Assembly (NCBI GenBank): GCA_964016885.1
Contig: OZ024744.1
Location: 62,001 to 126,000, forward strand
Length of the DNA: 64,000 bases
Reading direction: 5' to 3'
DNA from: Eledone cirrhosa
Taxonomy: Eukaryota
In this document: positions 13,901-26,539 of the stretch, in pieces
How the letters are laid out: each line of letters starts with the position of its first letter
Numbering within the stretch: the first letter of the stretch is position 1
Notes under the pieces: model-generated
What the model saw: the letters and a program-made list of their open reading frames with translations, nothing else
The model's database searches: none
What the model was told of the DNA's origin: nothing
Program-made: the position numbers and the translations under genes

Positions 13901-14712
13901 TGTACTTTAGGGTGGTATATTGTAGTGTGGTGTGGGATAGTGTAGTGTGATGTTAAATAATGTATTGTGGTCTGGTGTATTGTAGTGTGGCATATTGTAG
14001 TGTGGTGTTGTATATTGTAGTGTGGTGTGCTATATTATTGTGTGGTATATTGTAGTGCGGTGTGATATAGTGTAGTGTGGTGTGATATATTGTTGTGTGG
14101 TGTGGTATAGTGTAGTGTGGTTTCGATATAGTGTAGTGTGGAGTGGTATATTGTAGTGTGGTGGGACATATTGTAATGTGGTGTGGTATATTGCAGTGCG
14201 GTGTGGTATATTGTAGTGTGGTGTAGTGTATTGTAGTGGGTGTGTTATAAAGTGTAGTGTGGTGTGTTATAGCGTAGTGTTGTGTATTATATTGTATCCT
14301 GGTGCTGTATAGTGTAGTGTGATGTGGTATATAGAAGTGTCGTGTGGTATAATGTAGTGGTCTGTGGTATATTGTAGTGTTATATGGTATATTGTAGTTT
14401 TGTGTGGTATATTGTAGTGTGGTGTGATATAATCTAGTATTGTGTGGTTTAGTGTAGGGCCGTATGATATATTGTAGTGTTGTGTGATATATTGTGGTTT
14501 TGTATATTGTAGTGTGATGTGCTATAATGTAGTGTGGTATATTGAAGTGTGGTGTGATATATTGTAATATGGTGTGGCATGGTTTAGTGTGATGTGATAT
14601 ATTATAACGTGGAATGGTATATTGTACTGTGATGTGATATAGTTTAGTGTAGTGTGGTATATTGTAGTGTGATGTAATATAGTGTAGTTTGAATGTGATA
14701 TATTGTAGTAGG
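4921..14712. repeat. Pentamer-based ~20-bp satellite (main block) with recurring higher-order landmarks
   Basis: Same pentamer array as 1-956. Landmark tggccagatatagatatagtgcagtctggccagata occurs at ~7612 and ~12741; the tgtatcctggtgcgg-type landmark recurs several times (e.g. ~4972, 6526, 9081). Confidence 0.95.
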
Positions 14713-14989
14713 CTGTCGTGTATCTGACTTTGATGAAGCCTTTGTTTTGTTTACCTTGAATATTGTGGAACATTTGTTTGTGTAAATATCTATAACATAC
14801 ACCTTCTCATGTCAATATTGTTTTTTCCTCTTTGGGACTTGGTACTCAGAAGGTCTGTTCTGGAATGTTCTGGTCGGAATGTCTCTGTTAGCGTTTGTAT
14901 ATTTTTGTGTGTGAGTCTCTGTGTGTGTCTGTGTGTATGTACGTGTGTATTTATATATATGTGTGTGTTTTCGTTAAGATATTCTCTTT

Positions 14990-15860
14990 TTGAGGGCGGG
15001 TAAAATTCCCGAGATCCATGAACGAGTTCTCTCCAGCGGCCTCTGTCCATCATTATCGCTGCTATGTCCTGCGTCTCCAACAGACCAGTGTCTGTCCTTA
15101 GAGCATCAACATAGGTTAGCGTAGGTCTTCCACTTCCAGTGTGTCCATGTTCGGTGTCAACTCTGGATGTCGGTGAGCATATCCAGCTAACGTCAGTCTC
15201 CTCTGTGTCACTTTTGATCTGACTTTTGGGAGGCTCCCATACATCTCTGAGTTTTTCATCCTCAGTGTATACTGATTAATGTTCAGAGCCATCCTCAGTA
15301 TTCTCGTGTAGCACCCATCCACCATCTGAGTGAGTTTCTTGGTCAGTGTCCAAGTCTCAGACGCGTACAGCAGCACAGACTCCACTACAGCAATGAAGAA
15401 GCGGATTTTCAGGTATTTACGAAGGTCCGACTCCACACCGATTTCAAGCGGTGGCACGGCGCCCAGGCTTTGCTCTTCCTCTCAACCACATCATCTTCTG
15501 TATTCCCAATATTTGCTCCCAAATACAGGAAGTCCTCAACCAATTCCAGCGGCTTCCCGCCTACTTTAGTAATCCCCTCTGGTTTCTCAACATTCTCTAC
15601 CAGATATTTGCTTTAGTCTCATTCATTCTCAGCCCCACACTCATCGACACAGTCTCAACCTCCTGCATCAAATCCTCTGCCTCCTTCACTGTATTTGTCA
15701 CCGAAACTATGTCGTCGGCAAATTCAGCATCCGATACCTTTTTCGCCCTAACTCTCCTGCTCTGAGCCGGTGCTACAGTAAAGCCAGAGTCCTGGTGTTT
15801 CTCCAGTGCAAGGCACATACAATAGTCCACTACGATGATAAAAAGGTAGGGAGCCAATGT
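14990..15860 (-). mobile_element. 5'-truncated, degenerate RTE-type LINE (second family)
   Basis: LAPYLFIIVVDY, DAEFADDIV (RT catalytic), VESVLLYASETWTL, LPKVRSKVTQRRLTLAGYAHRH, and the terminal LTYVDALRTDTG...MMDRGRWRE. Confidence 0.85.
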
Positions 15861-16624
15861 AAGATATATTTACCTATATACATCGAAAGTGTGTTCCATA
15901 TTAACAGTGGAGCATGGTAGACACATCTATTCTCGGTGAAAGCAAACGCAAATAGAGAAAGACAGAGGGACCGGAAGGGAAAGAGGGGTAAAAGGCAGAA
16001 GTCGTGAGTACGAAGGATATAGAGAGAGAAGGAGGAGGAGGGAAAGGAAGTTAATCCAGGGTGAGACAACGCAAGTCTAACCAGAACTAATAAACAAGAG
16101 AGATCGATAGAGAGAAAGGGAGAGGGGGAGGGGGAGAGAAAGAGAGAGTGAGTGAGAGAGAGAGAGGGAGAGAGAGAGAAGGAGTTGATCCAAAAGAGTG
16201 ATAGGATATAAGTCCGACCAGGAACAACAAACCAAGCGAGATAGAGAGGGTGGAGAGGAGGTAACAGCAGTAAATACAAAAATATGGATTGAGAGAGATG
16301 TTGCTGTGTGGTTACTGATAACGCGTGTTAGTAAGGCGACACAAACAAGAGATAGACAGTTTCCCTTCCTCAGTTGTCTACAACGTGTCACAGATGTTTC
16401 AGCGCATTATAGACAATACATCTATCCGTAGCACGCCCATAGCCATTTATCTATCAAAAAGCCACGAGGGAAAGAAGTGATGGCGAAGAGAGAGAAATAA
16501 AGAAAAAAAAGAAAAAAGGAAAATAAAGGAGAGAAATAAAGAAAAAAAGTAGAAAACATACCGACAGGAGGGGGACAGACATAACAGTGGTACATGTAAG
16601 TAGTAACCAATATATATATATATA

Positions 16625-17480
16625 TACCGCACTATGCTCCGCCTCTTCCGACGCCTCCAGTCCGACCTCTCCACCTCCACCATCTTCCTATTCCCACCCC
16701 TCCCATCCTTTAAACACGCGCGTAATCTCCGCTCCCTCCTCGTCCACAGCTCTCTAGCACACCCGCCCCCCGGTTCCCTTCCCTGCTCCAGACCTCGTTG
16801 CCACACCTCCCCCCCCCACATCACCAACACCACCACCTTCCAGGGTCCCAACGGCCGCTCTTTCTCTGTCCGGCATGCATTCCGCTGCACCTCCTCTAAC
16901 CTCGTCTATGGACTTCGCTACACAGAGTGCAGCGCAACCTACGTCAGACACACTGGACGTCGCCTGGCGGATAGGTTCACGGAGCACCTTGGAGATATCC
17001 GTCTCGACGGGAGTTCCCTCATCGCCCGCCACTTTGGTTCCCCTGGACATTCCGCCCACCACCTCACAGTCTGCGACCTGCCATGGGAACCCCGCCACCC
17101 GCCTCACAGTCGTGCAACACACCATCTTCACGCTACAGACCCACATACCCCCCGGCCTGAACTCGCCACCCCCTTCGTTTAGCATTCGACCCCTCCACTA
17201 ATATTACTCCCCTCCCAACACACCATCACACATACACTCCCTCTCTACGCCTCCACCCACCACCACCCCTACACGCCTCACACCCTTTCACCACTTGTTT
17301 CTTTTAATTTTAATTTTTTTACTCTCCAAAAAATTCCTTTTCCTCCCGTTTCTCGCCCCACCTTTTTTTAACTAATATTTTTAATATCTTTCCATCACTC
17401 CCCCACACACTCTCGGAACCCTCTTCCTGCCCACGTTTCTCCTGATGAAGGGATTATGCCCGAAACGTCGTCCCCCAACC
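16625..17480 (+). mobile_element. Penelope-like element 3' fragment (GIY-YIG endonuclease + pseudo-LTR)
   Basis: ORF 16634..17182 has the Cys linker PCSRPRCH, FRCTSSNLVYGLRYTECSATYVRHTGRRLADRFTEH (degenerate GIY-YIG) and IARHF. It is followed by a C-rich 3' region ending in a hammerhead motif. Confidence 0.85.
17433..17472 (+). ncRNA. Minimal hammerhead ribozyme-like motif (PLE-associated)
   Basis: CTGATGA-A-GGG-attatg-CCC-GAAA-CGTC, with palindromic ACGT as stem III. Stem I is poorly paired. Confidence 0.6.
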
Positions 17481-17504
17481 CCCACTCTCAAGCGTGAAAC
17501 TAAT

Positions 17505-17690
17505 AATTGTTTCTACTTTAGGCACAAGGCCAGCAATTATCCAGTACATTACTGGTACTTTATTTTATCGACCCCGTAAGGATGAAAGGCAAAGTCAACC
17601 TCACCGGAATTTGAACTCAGATCGTAAAGGGATGTAACTATGCTAGAAAGCATGGCGTCCAACCCTCTACCGATACTGCCAATTCACCAA
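17505..17690 (-). mobile_element. tRNA-derived CORE-type SINE (octopus-like), degenerate
   Basis: Minus-strand B-box GAGTTCAAATTCC is followed by the core GACTTTGCCTTTCATCC..CGGGGTCGATAAAAT and the tail GGCCTTGTGCCTA. Recognised from memory as the cephalopod SINE pattern. Confidence 0.7.
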
Positions 17691-17755
17691 CATTTGTACT
17701 GCCTCTTCGCTTCCACGTTTTGTTGTTTTGTTTACTGTCGTAACTTAAAAAAAAA

Positions 17756-17795
<40 letters not shown>

Positions 17796-17889
17796 TTTTT
17801 CAAGTTAAACAAGATTCAATGAATACATCAAAGAATGAGTTTTACACTAGATTGGAAGCACTCAACAGTGAGGTTTTCCAGAGTTATTA

Positions 17890-19299
17890 ATATTAGTTCA
17901 AAATATTAACAAAATAGATATTCTGGTGATCAATTATATTTTATTATACATATTTCAGAGGTACTGAGTTAAGTTCAACAGTACGTCCTCATCATATAAA
18001 ATAAGATGATGCATGACATACCCTGACATAGTAGATGGTTAAGATTCAGTCATGGTAGTGATTAACTTATGACAAAACTCAATATGTATCACCTAATATT
18101 GAGAACATGAGATAACATAATATAAACAATAGAGAGGGTGCGTGTAATAGAGCTTAAGTAATACATGGCATCAATATAACAGTTATACATTTTTTTATTT
18201 TTAAAAACTACTGGAGAAAGAGGAGGGAAAGGAAAGCATAGAGGAAGAAACAGCTGATGTGATAATATATTTAGTAGGTGGCTTGAAAAAACAGATGAAA
18301 GATGATTAAAGAGAGAGAGAGAAAGACAAAGGGGAGTAATTTATGTTCAAGTTTATATAGATTTCCATATATGCAACACATGTCCAAATTAATATCGTTG
18401 ACGGTTAATTTTCAAAATATTTAATTTAAGTTATTTCAGAGTAATGAATAATATTTTAGGTTTTAAAAGTTAATAGGTATTTGTATTAATATTCTAATTA
18501 TGTTTAATTTCTAAAATTCAAATTTTATGAAAATAAATTGAAAGGATTTACGAAACACGAGAAAGAAAATATATATATAATGCTTTCATATCTTCACGAA
18601 GGTAATCTTTACCAACATTATTTATAATATTGACAACAGTTTATATAATATAATTTATAAAATAATTATAGTTATAATTATTAAAGAATTTATTGTTAAA
18701 TAGTTTGAGTGCCTAGAGTATCAACCGGCCTTAAAACTAAATTTAAAGAGTCCGAATTTTTAATTATATATATGTGTTGATAAAAAAATGCAAAGATTAT
18801 AGTTTATTATTTGTTTATAATTGAGGTGATACCTTTCAAATATATATAATATAATATAATACAATAATGCAATAATGCAATATAGTAAATAAGTTACTGA
18901 AAATATTGTTCAAGTCACCTACTAAATATAGTATCACATCACCTGTTTCTTCCTCTATGCTTTCCTTTCCCTCCTCTTTCTGCAGTAGTTTTTAAAAATA
19001 AAAAATGTTATAACTGTTATATTGATGCCATGTATTTCTTAAGCTCTATTAGACGCACCCCTTCTATTGTTTGTATTATGTTATCTCATGTTCTCAATAT
19101 TAGTGTATAAATAGTGAGTCTTGTCATAAGTTAATCACTACCATGACTGAATCTTAACCATCTACTATGTCAGGGTATGTCATGCATCATCTTAGTTTAT
19201 CTGATGAGGACGTACTGTTGAACTTAACTCAGTACCTCTGAAATATGTATAATAAAATATAATTGATCACAAGAATATCTATTTTGTTAATATTTTGAA

Positions 19300-19305
<6 letters not shown>
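17890..19305. repeat. Long inverted repeat, ~400-bp arms (17890-18288 / 18909-19305) around an AT-rich spacer; probable inverted PLE pseudo-LTRs
   Basis: aaatattaacaaaatagatattctggtgatcaatt...gtacgtcctcatca on the left is mirrored by tgatgaggacgtac...aattgatcacaagaatatctattttgttaatattt on the right. The right arm ends at (AT)n. Confidence 0.85.
19196..19256 (+). ncRNA. Degenerate hammerhead-like motif in the inverted-repeat arm
   Basis: TTTAT-CTGATGA-GG..GTACTG-loop-CAGTAC-CTC-T-GAAA-TATG-TA-TAATAAA. The mirror copy lies at ~17940-17996 on the minus strand. Confidence 0.45.
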
Positions 19306-19341
<36 letters not shown>

Positions 19342-19795
19342 TATAAACAGAAAATGATGAACAAACAAAACACAGTTATCAACATTATTTATTCTTTACA
19401 TAATGTTTCATACATAATCTAACACAGTGAATTTTAAAATAAATAAATAAATTTATAAATATATTTAAAATGTGTGCAAGTCTTAATGAATTTTATCTTC
19501 CATTTGTCGATATCTCGACTCCCTTCTCTTTCAATCTATCTCTCGCTCCCTCTCTCTTTCTATCTACTCTCACAACCCCTCCCATTCACTCACTCTGGTG
19601 ATTGATGTTGATGAAAGTAGGAGAGTGTGGAATGGTGTTTATGCTATCTTTCACAGAAACTCAAATGAAATTATGTATATATATATAGAGAGAGAGAAAA
19701 TTGAGGTTGGTAATGGCACATCGAATATATAAGAGACAGAATACTTTTTTGTGAAAAAACATAATTTTATAAGGTAAGGAAATAATAAAGGGTAT

Positions 19796-19846
19796 AACAA
19801 ACGACCGGTTTCGATGGGTCTGCAAAAGCCATCTTTTCAAATGTTG
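19796..19846 (-). ncRNA. Hammerhead motif with U3-A8 core (left arm of the PLE palindrome)
   Basis: Minus strand reads TTGAAAA-GATGG-cttttgcagac-CCATC-GAAA-CCGG-TC. Confidence 0.6.
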
Positions 19847-20304
19847 ATTAATATTAAGAAAAATTAATAATACGAAGAGTTAAAATTTGAGACTTGAAAA
19901 TTCAAGTATAAAATTCATTGTGGGATTTTCATAGCAGTTTTCATCTAGGTAGCAACAACAGGTTGACTGCTGTGTCCCTTTCTGGTAGTGAATATTTGGG
20001 GTGTGGGTTATTTTATAAAGGTCAGATTTAGCAATCACCAACTGGCCAGCTGCTGGTCAGTGAGGGGGTGGAAGCAATATACATACACATATCTTCCTGT
20101 GGTGGGTAGGAGAGTGGAGCGTGATAGAAAGGGATTTAGTGCACTTACACCTATATATACACACATACCTTCATCCACACATACATACATATACATATAC
20201 ATATACATATATATATATATATACATATACACACATACATACACACACACATACACATACATACACACATACACACACACACATATATACACATACACAC
20301 ACAC

Positions 20305-20337
<33 letters not shown>

Positions 20338-20378
20338 TATATATATACATACACATACATCCAGATACACACATACAT

Positions 20379-20415
<37 letters not shown>

Positions 20416-20416
20416 C

Positions 20417-20456
<40 letters not shown>

Positions 20457-21065
20457 CCCCACACATACATACACACACACACGCACACATATATATATAG
20501 ATACACACATACAAACATACACACACACACATATATATATCCACACATACACACACATATATATACACACACACACACACACGCATATATATATATATAT
20601 ATACACATACGCATACATCCAGATACCCACATACATACACACACACACACACGCACACACAATACATACATCCACATGCACACACCCACACACACACATA
20701 TACACATACATACACCCACACACAGAGAAATGGCCTCCAAATATATATATATATATATACATACAGACATATATTTTTTCCATAATATAAGAAGTTGGGG
20801 CAGTGAAATTAAAATACAAGTCATTCTGATCACATTGAGTTCTTCATGTAGATTGGGCCCCGCAACCGACAGTGGTGAATTCTGTGTGCGCATATATATA
20901 TAGATATATGTGTGTGCACGTGCAGGGTTTAACATGGATGTGTTGGTCACACAAAGGCATGGTCCGTCAATGAATAAACCTGATTCTAAAGAATTGGTCT
21001 CTGGTCTTTAATAGTAGTTATTCCGTGCGTATGTGTGTTTATATTTTATGACAATTCTATTGGGG

Positions 21066-22154
21066 TTATAACCCGTTTAGTTTTGGTTTAAATTTGTTAA
21101 GGAATAGATTTTCTTTGTTTATTCTTTGTTGCTGTGTGAACGAATCTGAGCACTTGTAGAAGGGGAAGATTTTAAAGTTGGGTAGTGTCATTCCTGCGCA
21201 GTTCGCAATATGGCTGCTCAAGGGGATTTTTCTTGTGTTAGCGCCCCGGATTTGTTGGCGGTGGATGGTCATTCTTTTGCGTAATGAGGTGCCCGTCTGT
21301 CCTATGTAGTTGTGTTTGCACCCACCGCAAGTTATTGCGTAAATCAAGTTCTCCGAGTTGCAGGTGAAATTGTTTTTTACTATAAATGTTTGGCCATCTT
21401 TGAATGTAAATGTTTGTCCTTCAGTGAGGTAGAGGCACGTTCCACAGTTTGTTCTACCACATTTGGTAACTGTAGGGTTGAGGATTGGTTTGGGTATATT
21501 TGGTCCAGTGAGAATGCGTTTAAGTGATTTGGGTTGTCTTTTAATTTTAAGGATCTTGTGTGTTTCAAGAATAGACTTCATTTTTACATCTTTAAGTAGG
21601 ATGGGGAGGTTTTTGTGTAGGTGATCAAACATTTCGGTATTTCTGGGGTTGAAAGTGGATACATATGGCAGGGTGTTGAGTGTGGTTTTCTGTTTTGGAT
21701 TGTTAAGTTGATGGGGATTTAGGTGTTTTGCCCTGTCTATTCCATTGTTGATTATTTCAAGTGGAAAGACTCTTAAGATAAGGGTGTCTTTTAGTTCCTT
21801 TAGTCTTTGCTCCCGTTTAGGTGGATCTGATACTATGGTACATATACGTTTGGCCAAATTGTAAGGAATGTTAAGTGTTGTATGTTTTGGGTGACTTGAT
21901 GTGAAAAAGAGGTATTGCTTGGAATCTGTGGGTTTATAGAATATATCTGTATCTAATTTCCCGTCTATTACAGAGATGAGAATATCCAAGAAGGCTAATT
22001 CCTTAGGATTGGATTCCAATGTGAATTGTATGTTATTATCTATGTTGTTTATCATGTTTTTAAACGTAGTAAGTGAGTTCATGTCTTCTTGCCATAGGAT
22101 AAAGCAGTTGTCTAGATATCTTTTCCAATTGGCTTTGAGGTGTGTGTGGAAAGA
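21066..22154 (-). pseudogene. PLE ORF C-terminal half (RT motif 5 to thumb + GIY-YIG), left arm
   Basis: WKRYLDNCFILW, IQFTLE, AFLDI, DIFYKPTD, CGRTNCGTC linker, NLIYAITCGGCKHNYIGQT, KRMTIH, GL terminus. Confidence 0.88.
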
Positions 22155-22155
22155 G

Positions 22156-23265
22156 TCTTTCCACACACACCTCAAAGCCAATTGGAAAAGATATCTAGAC
22201 AACTGCTTTATCCTATGGCAAGAAGACATGAACTCACTTACTACGTTTAAAAACATGATAAACAACATAGATAATAACATACAATTCACAATGGAATCCA
22301 ATCCTAAGGAATTAGCCTTCTTGGATATTCTCATCTCTGTAATAGACGGGCAATTAGATACAGATATATTCTATAAACCCACAGATTCCAAGCAATACCT
22401 CTTTTTCACATCAAGTCACCCAAAACATACAACACTTAACATTCTTTACAATTTGGCCAAACGTATATGTACCATAGTATCAGATCCACCTAAACGGGAG
22501 CAAAGACTAAAGGAACTAAAAGACACCCTTATCTTAAGAGCCTTTCCACTTGAAATAATCAACAATGGAATAGACAGGGCAAAACACCTAAATCCCCATC
22601 AACTTAACAATCCAAAACAGAAAACCACACTCAACACCCTGCCATATGTATCCACTTTCAACCCCAGAAATACCGAAATGTTTGATCACCTACACAAAAA
22701 CCTCCCCATCCTACTTAAAGATGTAAAAATGAAGTCTATTCTTGAAACACACAAGATCCTTAAAAGTAAAAGACAACCCACATCACTTAAACGCATTCTC
22801 ACTGGACCAAATATACCCAAACCAATCCTCAACCCTACAGTTACCAAATGTGGTAGAACAAACTGTGGAACGTGCCTCTACCTCACTGAAGGACAAACAT
22901 TTACGTTCAAAGATGGCCAAACATTTACAGTAAAAAACAATTTCACCTGCAACTCGGAGAACTTGATTTACGCAATACCTTGCGGTGGGTGCAAACACAA
23001 CTACATAAGACAGACGGGCACCTCATTACGCAAAAGAATGACCATCCACCGCCAACAAATCCGGGACGCTAACACAAGAAAAATCCTGCTGAGCAGCCAT
23101 ATTGCGAACTGCGCAGGAATGACACTACCCAACTTTAAAATCTTCCCCTTCTACAAGTGCTCAGATTCGTTCACACAGCAACAAAGAATAAACAAAGAAA
23201 ATCTATTCCTTAACAAATTTAAACCAAAACTAAACGGGTTATCACACCCGATAGAATTGTCATAA
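22156..23265 (+). pseudogene. PLE ORF C-terminal half, right arm
   Basis: Same motifs as the left arm, with independent substitutions (e.g. YIGQT to YIRQT, AIT to AIP). Confidence 0.88.
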
Positions 23266-23628
23266 AATATAAACACACATACGCACGGAATAACTACTAT
23301 TAAAGACCAGAGACCAATTCTGTAGAATCAGGTTTATTCATTGACAGACCATGCCTTTGTGTGACCAACACATCCATGTTAAACCCTGCACGTGCACACA
23401 CATATATCTATATATATATATGCGCACACAGAATTCACCACTGTCGGTTGCGGGGCCCAATCTACATGAAGAACTCAATGTGATCAGAATGACTTGTATT
23501 TTAATTTCACTGCCCCAACTTCTTATATTATGGAAAAAATATATGTGTATGTATGTATATATATATATATATTTGGAGGCCATTTCTGTGTGTGGGTGTA
23601 TGTATGTGTATATGTGTGTGTGTGTATG

Positions 23629-23661
<33 letters not shown>

Positions 23662-24113
23662 ATGTGTATACATGTGTGTGTGTATGTGTGTATGTATATG
23701 TATGTGTGTGTGTATGTATGTGTGTATATGTATATATATATATATGTATATGTATATGTATATGTATGTATGTGTGGATGAAGGTATGTGTGTGTATATA
23801 TAGGTGTAAGTGCACTAAATCCCTTTCTATCACGCTCCACTCTCCTACCCACCACAGGAAGACATGTGTATGTATATTGCTTCCACCCCCTCACTGACCA
23901 GCAGCTGGCCAGTTGGTGATTGCTAAATCTGACCTTTATAAAATAACCCACACCCCAAATAACTTCTCATTCACTACCAGAAAGGGACACGGCAGTCAAC
24001 CTGTTGTTGCTACCTAGATGAAAACTGCTATGAAATCCCACAATGAATTTTATACTTGAATTTTCAAGTCTCAAATTTTAACTCTTCGTATTATTAATTT
24101 TTCTTAATATTAA

Positions 24114-24165
24114 TCAACATTTGAAAAGATGGCTTTTGCAGACCCATCGAAACCGGTCATTTTGT
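24114..24165 (+). ncRNA. Hammerhead motif with U3-A8 core (right arm of the PLE palindrome)
   Basis: TTGAAAA(24121)-GATGG-loop-CCATC-GAAA-CCGG-TC, with palindromic ACCGGT as stem III. Stem I is weak. Confidence 0.6.
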
Positions 24166-24299
24166 ATACCCTTTATTATTTCCTTACCTTATAAAATTAT
24201 GTTTTTTCACAAAAAAGTATTCTGTCTCTTATATATTCCATGTGCCATTACCAACCTCAATTTTCTCTATAACCTTCGTTTTGTGTAGAAAATTACACT

Positions 24300-24358
<59 letters not shown>

Positions 24359-24446
24359 ATGGCCGTATCAACAGGATGATGTCAATTGTTGACGATGGAA
24401 CGGATCGAATGATTTCAATCAGATGAAATGCTTTGAAAACGCCAAA

Positions 24447-24527
24447 TATATCTGAGGATGTAGAGTCAGGTTGGATCTATAATAGATCCTGCCTTGAGCT
24501 GATCATCGGAGAAACATATGTAATATG
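24447..24527 (+). ncRNA. Hammerhead-like motif with long stem II, in a short element between (AT)n tracts
   Basis: TATAT-CTGAGGA-TG..TCAGG..GGATCTA-taa-TAGATCC..CCTTGA..CA-tcgga-GAAA-CATATG-TA-ATATG. The junction before GAAA is non-canonical. Confidence 0.45.
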
Positions 24528-24719
24528 TTAACAAAATGTGTTTTGATGCATCACTGATTCCTCGTTATCTATAATATATATATATATATATACACGAAAG
24601 GGTCAACAAACGTACCCCCCCCCCCCAAAAAAAAAAAAACAAGGAGCATCCCTTACTTTAGCAAGCATCATCTGGTTTGCCAGCACTGTCGTCATAGTTG
24701 GAAAGAACAAACAAAAGGT

Positions 24720-26510
24720 AGGTAAGGAACTCCAAGAGGAACTGAAGCACGATTGTAAGGAGAGAAGTAAACAAGAACATGTAAAGAAGGAAAAATAAAA
24801 ATAGATATACAAAAAACAGATTTTTTAAAAAGTGAAAATAAAGGGAGTTGGAAGGGGTGTATAGGTCGAGGATGGCAAGGGTGTGGTAGTGTGTATAGCA
24901 GTGGGTGGAGGCGAAGAGAAAGGGTGGGGAAGCTAGAAAGTGAGAGTCTGGGCAGGGGTGGTGGAAGGTAAGGTGTATGTGTAGAAGAGGTCGATGGTAT
25001 CATGGGGTAAAGATAAAGCTGGAGCGAGAGTAAAATGGTAATGAGGAAGTGAAATGGCAGTGTGGCACACGCAACCGGAAGTAGTGGTCAATTCGGGAGA
25101 GTGGGAGCAGAGGGTGGTGTTGGAAGGACGGGGGTGACGGGTGTGAGGGGTTAAGTGCTGATGGAGCGTGGGGGTGACGAGTGTGAGGTTAAGTGGGGGT
25201 TAAGTGGGAGCGGAGGGGTAGGGGTGACAGGTGTGAGAGGTTACGTGTGGGTTAAGTGGGAGTGGAGGGGTTGATGGATGGACGCGTGGGGGTGTCGGGT
25301 GCGATGTGTTAAGTGTGTGTGTGTAAGTGGGTTAAGTGGGAGTGGGGGTGACGGGGTGAGGGATTAAGTGGGTGTGTCGGGGTGTGGTAGGTGGTGAGGG
25401 TTTAAGTGGGTGTGGATGGGTGGTGGTACCGGGTGTGAGGGGTTAAGTGTGGGTGAGGATGGGGGCGACGAATGTGAGGGGTTAAGTGTGGGTGGAGGGT
25501 GGTGTGGGGATGGGGGATTATGTGGGGTGTGGTGTAGTAGGGGTGGATTAGGTGGTAAGGGGGTTAGTTGGGTGGAGGCTAGTTGGGTGGCGTGATGTGG
25601 GTGTGTGAGGTTGAGTGGGTTGGGGTGGATGGAGGGGTAGGTGGTGGTGGAGGGGTTATATTGTGGTGCAGGCGTTGGGTGGGGGTGGAGGTGTTAGGTG
25701 GTGGTGGAGGTGTTAGGTGCTGGTTGAGGGGTTTGGTGGGTGTGGATGGGTTAGATGTGGGTGGAGGGGTTTGGTGGGGGTGGAGGGGTCTCAGAGGTGG
25801 GTTTGTGGTGGTTGGGAGAAAGAGTGAGTTGAATTTGTAGAGCTTGGTGGAGGTGAGGAAGGAGAAGAGATCATGGTTGAGGTTATGGATGAAAAGAAGG
25901 ATGGAGCTGGTGAGGTGGGAGGAAGTGGAGTTGAGGTGAAGAAGGGTTTGGGGTAGGTTGTGGTCGAGGTTGCGGATGTAGAGAGGGGGGAGCAGATTGA
26001 GACGTACAAGAGGAGATGGGAGGAGCGGGTAAGAATGTGTTGGGTTGGGAGTAATGAGAGGGGGGAGGCGTGGAAATGGAGCCGAAATCCGGGGGGATGA
26101 GGAGTAGATGGAGGCAGCGGATGTGGCTGGAGAGCCGGGTCTTAGCAAAGAAGTGGTAGGAGAGTTAGAGGGAGGGTTGGAGGGATGGTTGGAGGTAGCA
26201 TGGAGGGAGGAGAAGTGTGAGGTGGTGTTTGAGGTGGGTGTGGAGTTGGTGGAGGAAGGATTACAGGTTAGGTATAGTAGGGACGGGGAGTGGGAAAGGG
26301 GTGTCCTAAGGGGAGACGGTAGTCAAAATAAAAAAACGAAAAACAAATAAAAAATACAGATTGAAAGCAATGGGGGAGGGGTCGTGAAGGGTGGAGAGAA
26401 ATGGAGAGCGAGAGTGAGAGAGAGTGAGACGGAGATAGATAGAAAGAGAGAGTGAGAGGGAGAGAGATTGAAAGAGAGAGGACCGAAATATCGAAAAATG
26501 GTGGATAACA
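24720..26510 (-). mobile_element. C-rich Penelope-like element relic (ORF N-terminal region + flanks)
   Basis: ORF 25579..26148 contains ILLFIHNLNHDLFSFLTSTKLYKFNSL followed by a Pro/Thr low-complexity linker, resembling PLE N-terminal regions. It has the same C-rich strand bias as the PLE at 16.6 kb. Confidence 0.5.
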
Positions 26511-26539
26511 TTCATTAGTACTTCCTCAGATTTTCCATA

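Larger units (their letters stand above)
19693..24268. mobile_element. Palindromic (head-to-head) pair of 5'-truncated Penelope-like elements, centre at 22155
   Basis: Arms 19693-22154 and 22156-24268 are reverse complements (gtgtggaaaga-g-tctttccacac at the axis). Each arm has the RT C-terminus, GIY-YIG, a microsatellite-rich 3' region and a hammerhead. Confidence 0.93.

Noticed and set aside
482-14773. His/Tyr/Thr-rich ORFs
   Set aside because: Overlapping translations of the pentamer satellite in several frames, with no evidence of coding constraint.
16345-16385. Hammerhead-like CTGAGGA-AGG-GAAA on the minus strand
   Set aside because: There is no stem II between the core boxes; at best a deleted relic.
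19988-20950. YI/HT/CV-repeat ORFs here and at 23.3-23.9, 28.4-30.0, 33.2-33.8 and 36.1-36.6 kb
   Set aside because: Translations of (AT)n, (CA)n and (CT)n microsatellites.
21976-22334. N-terminal 60 aa (MRISKKANSLG...) of the two 420-aa ORFs
   Set aside because: This is antisense read-through across the palindrome axis. PLE homology begins only at about HTHLKANWKRYLD, so these are not intact genes.
25140-25570. Telomere-like GGGTTAAG repeats / G-quadruplex tract
   Set aside because: Not tandem TTAGGG. This is the G-rich complement of a low-complexity Pro/Thr linker in a PLE relic; G4 potential is incidental.
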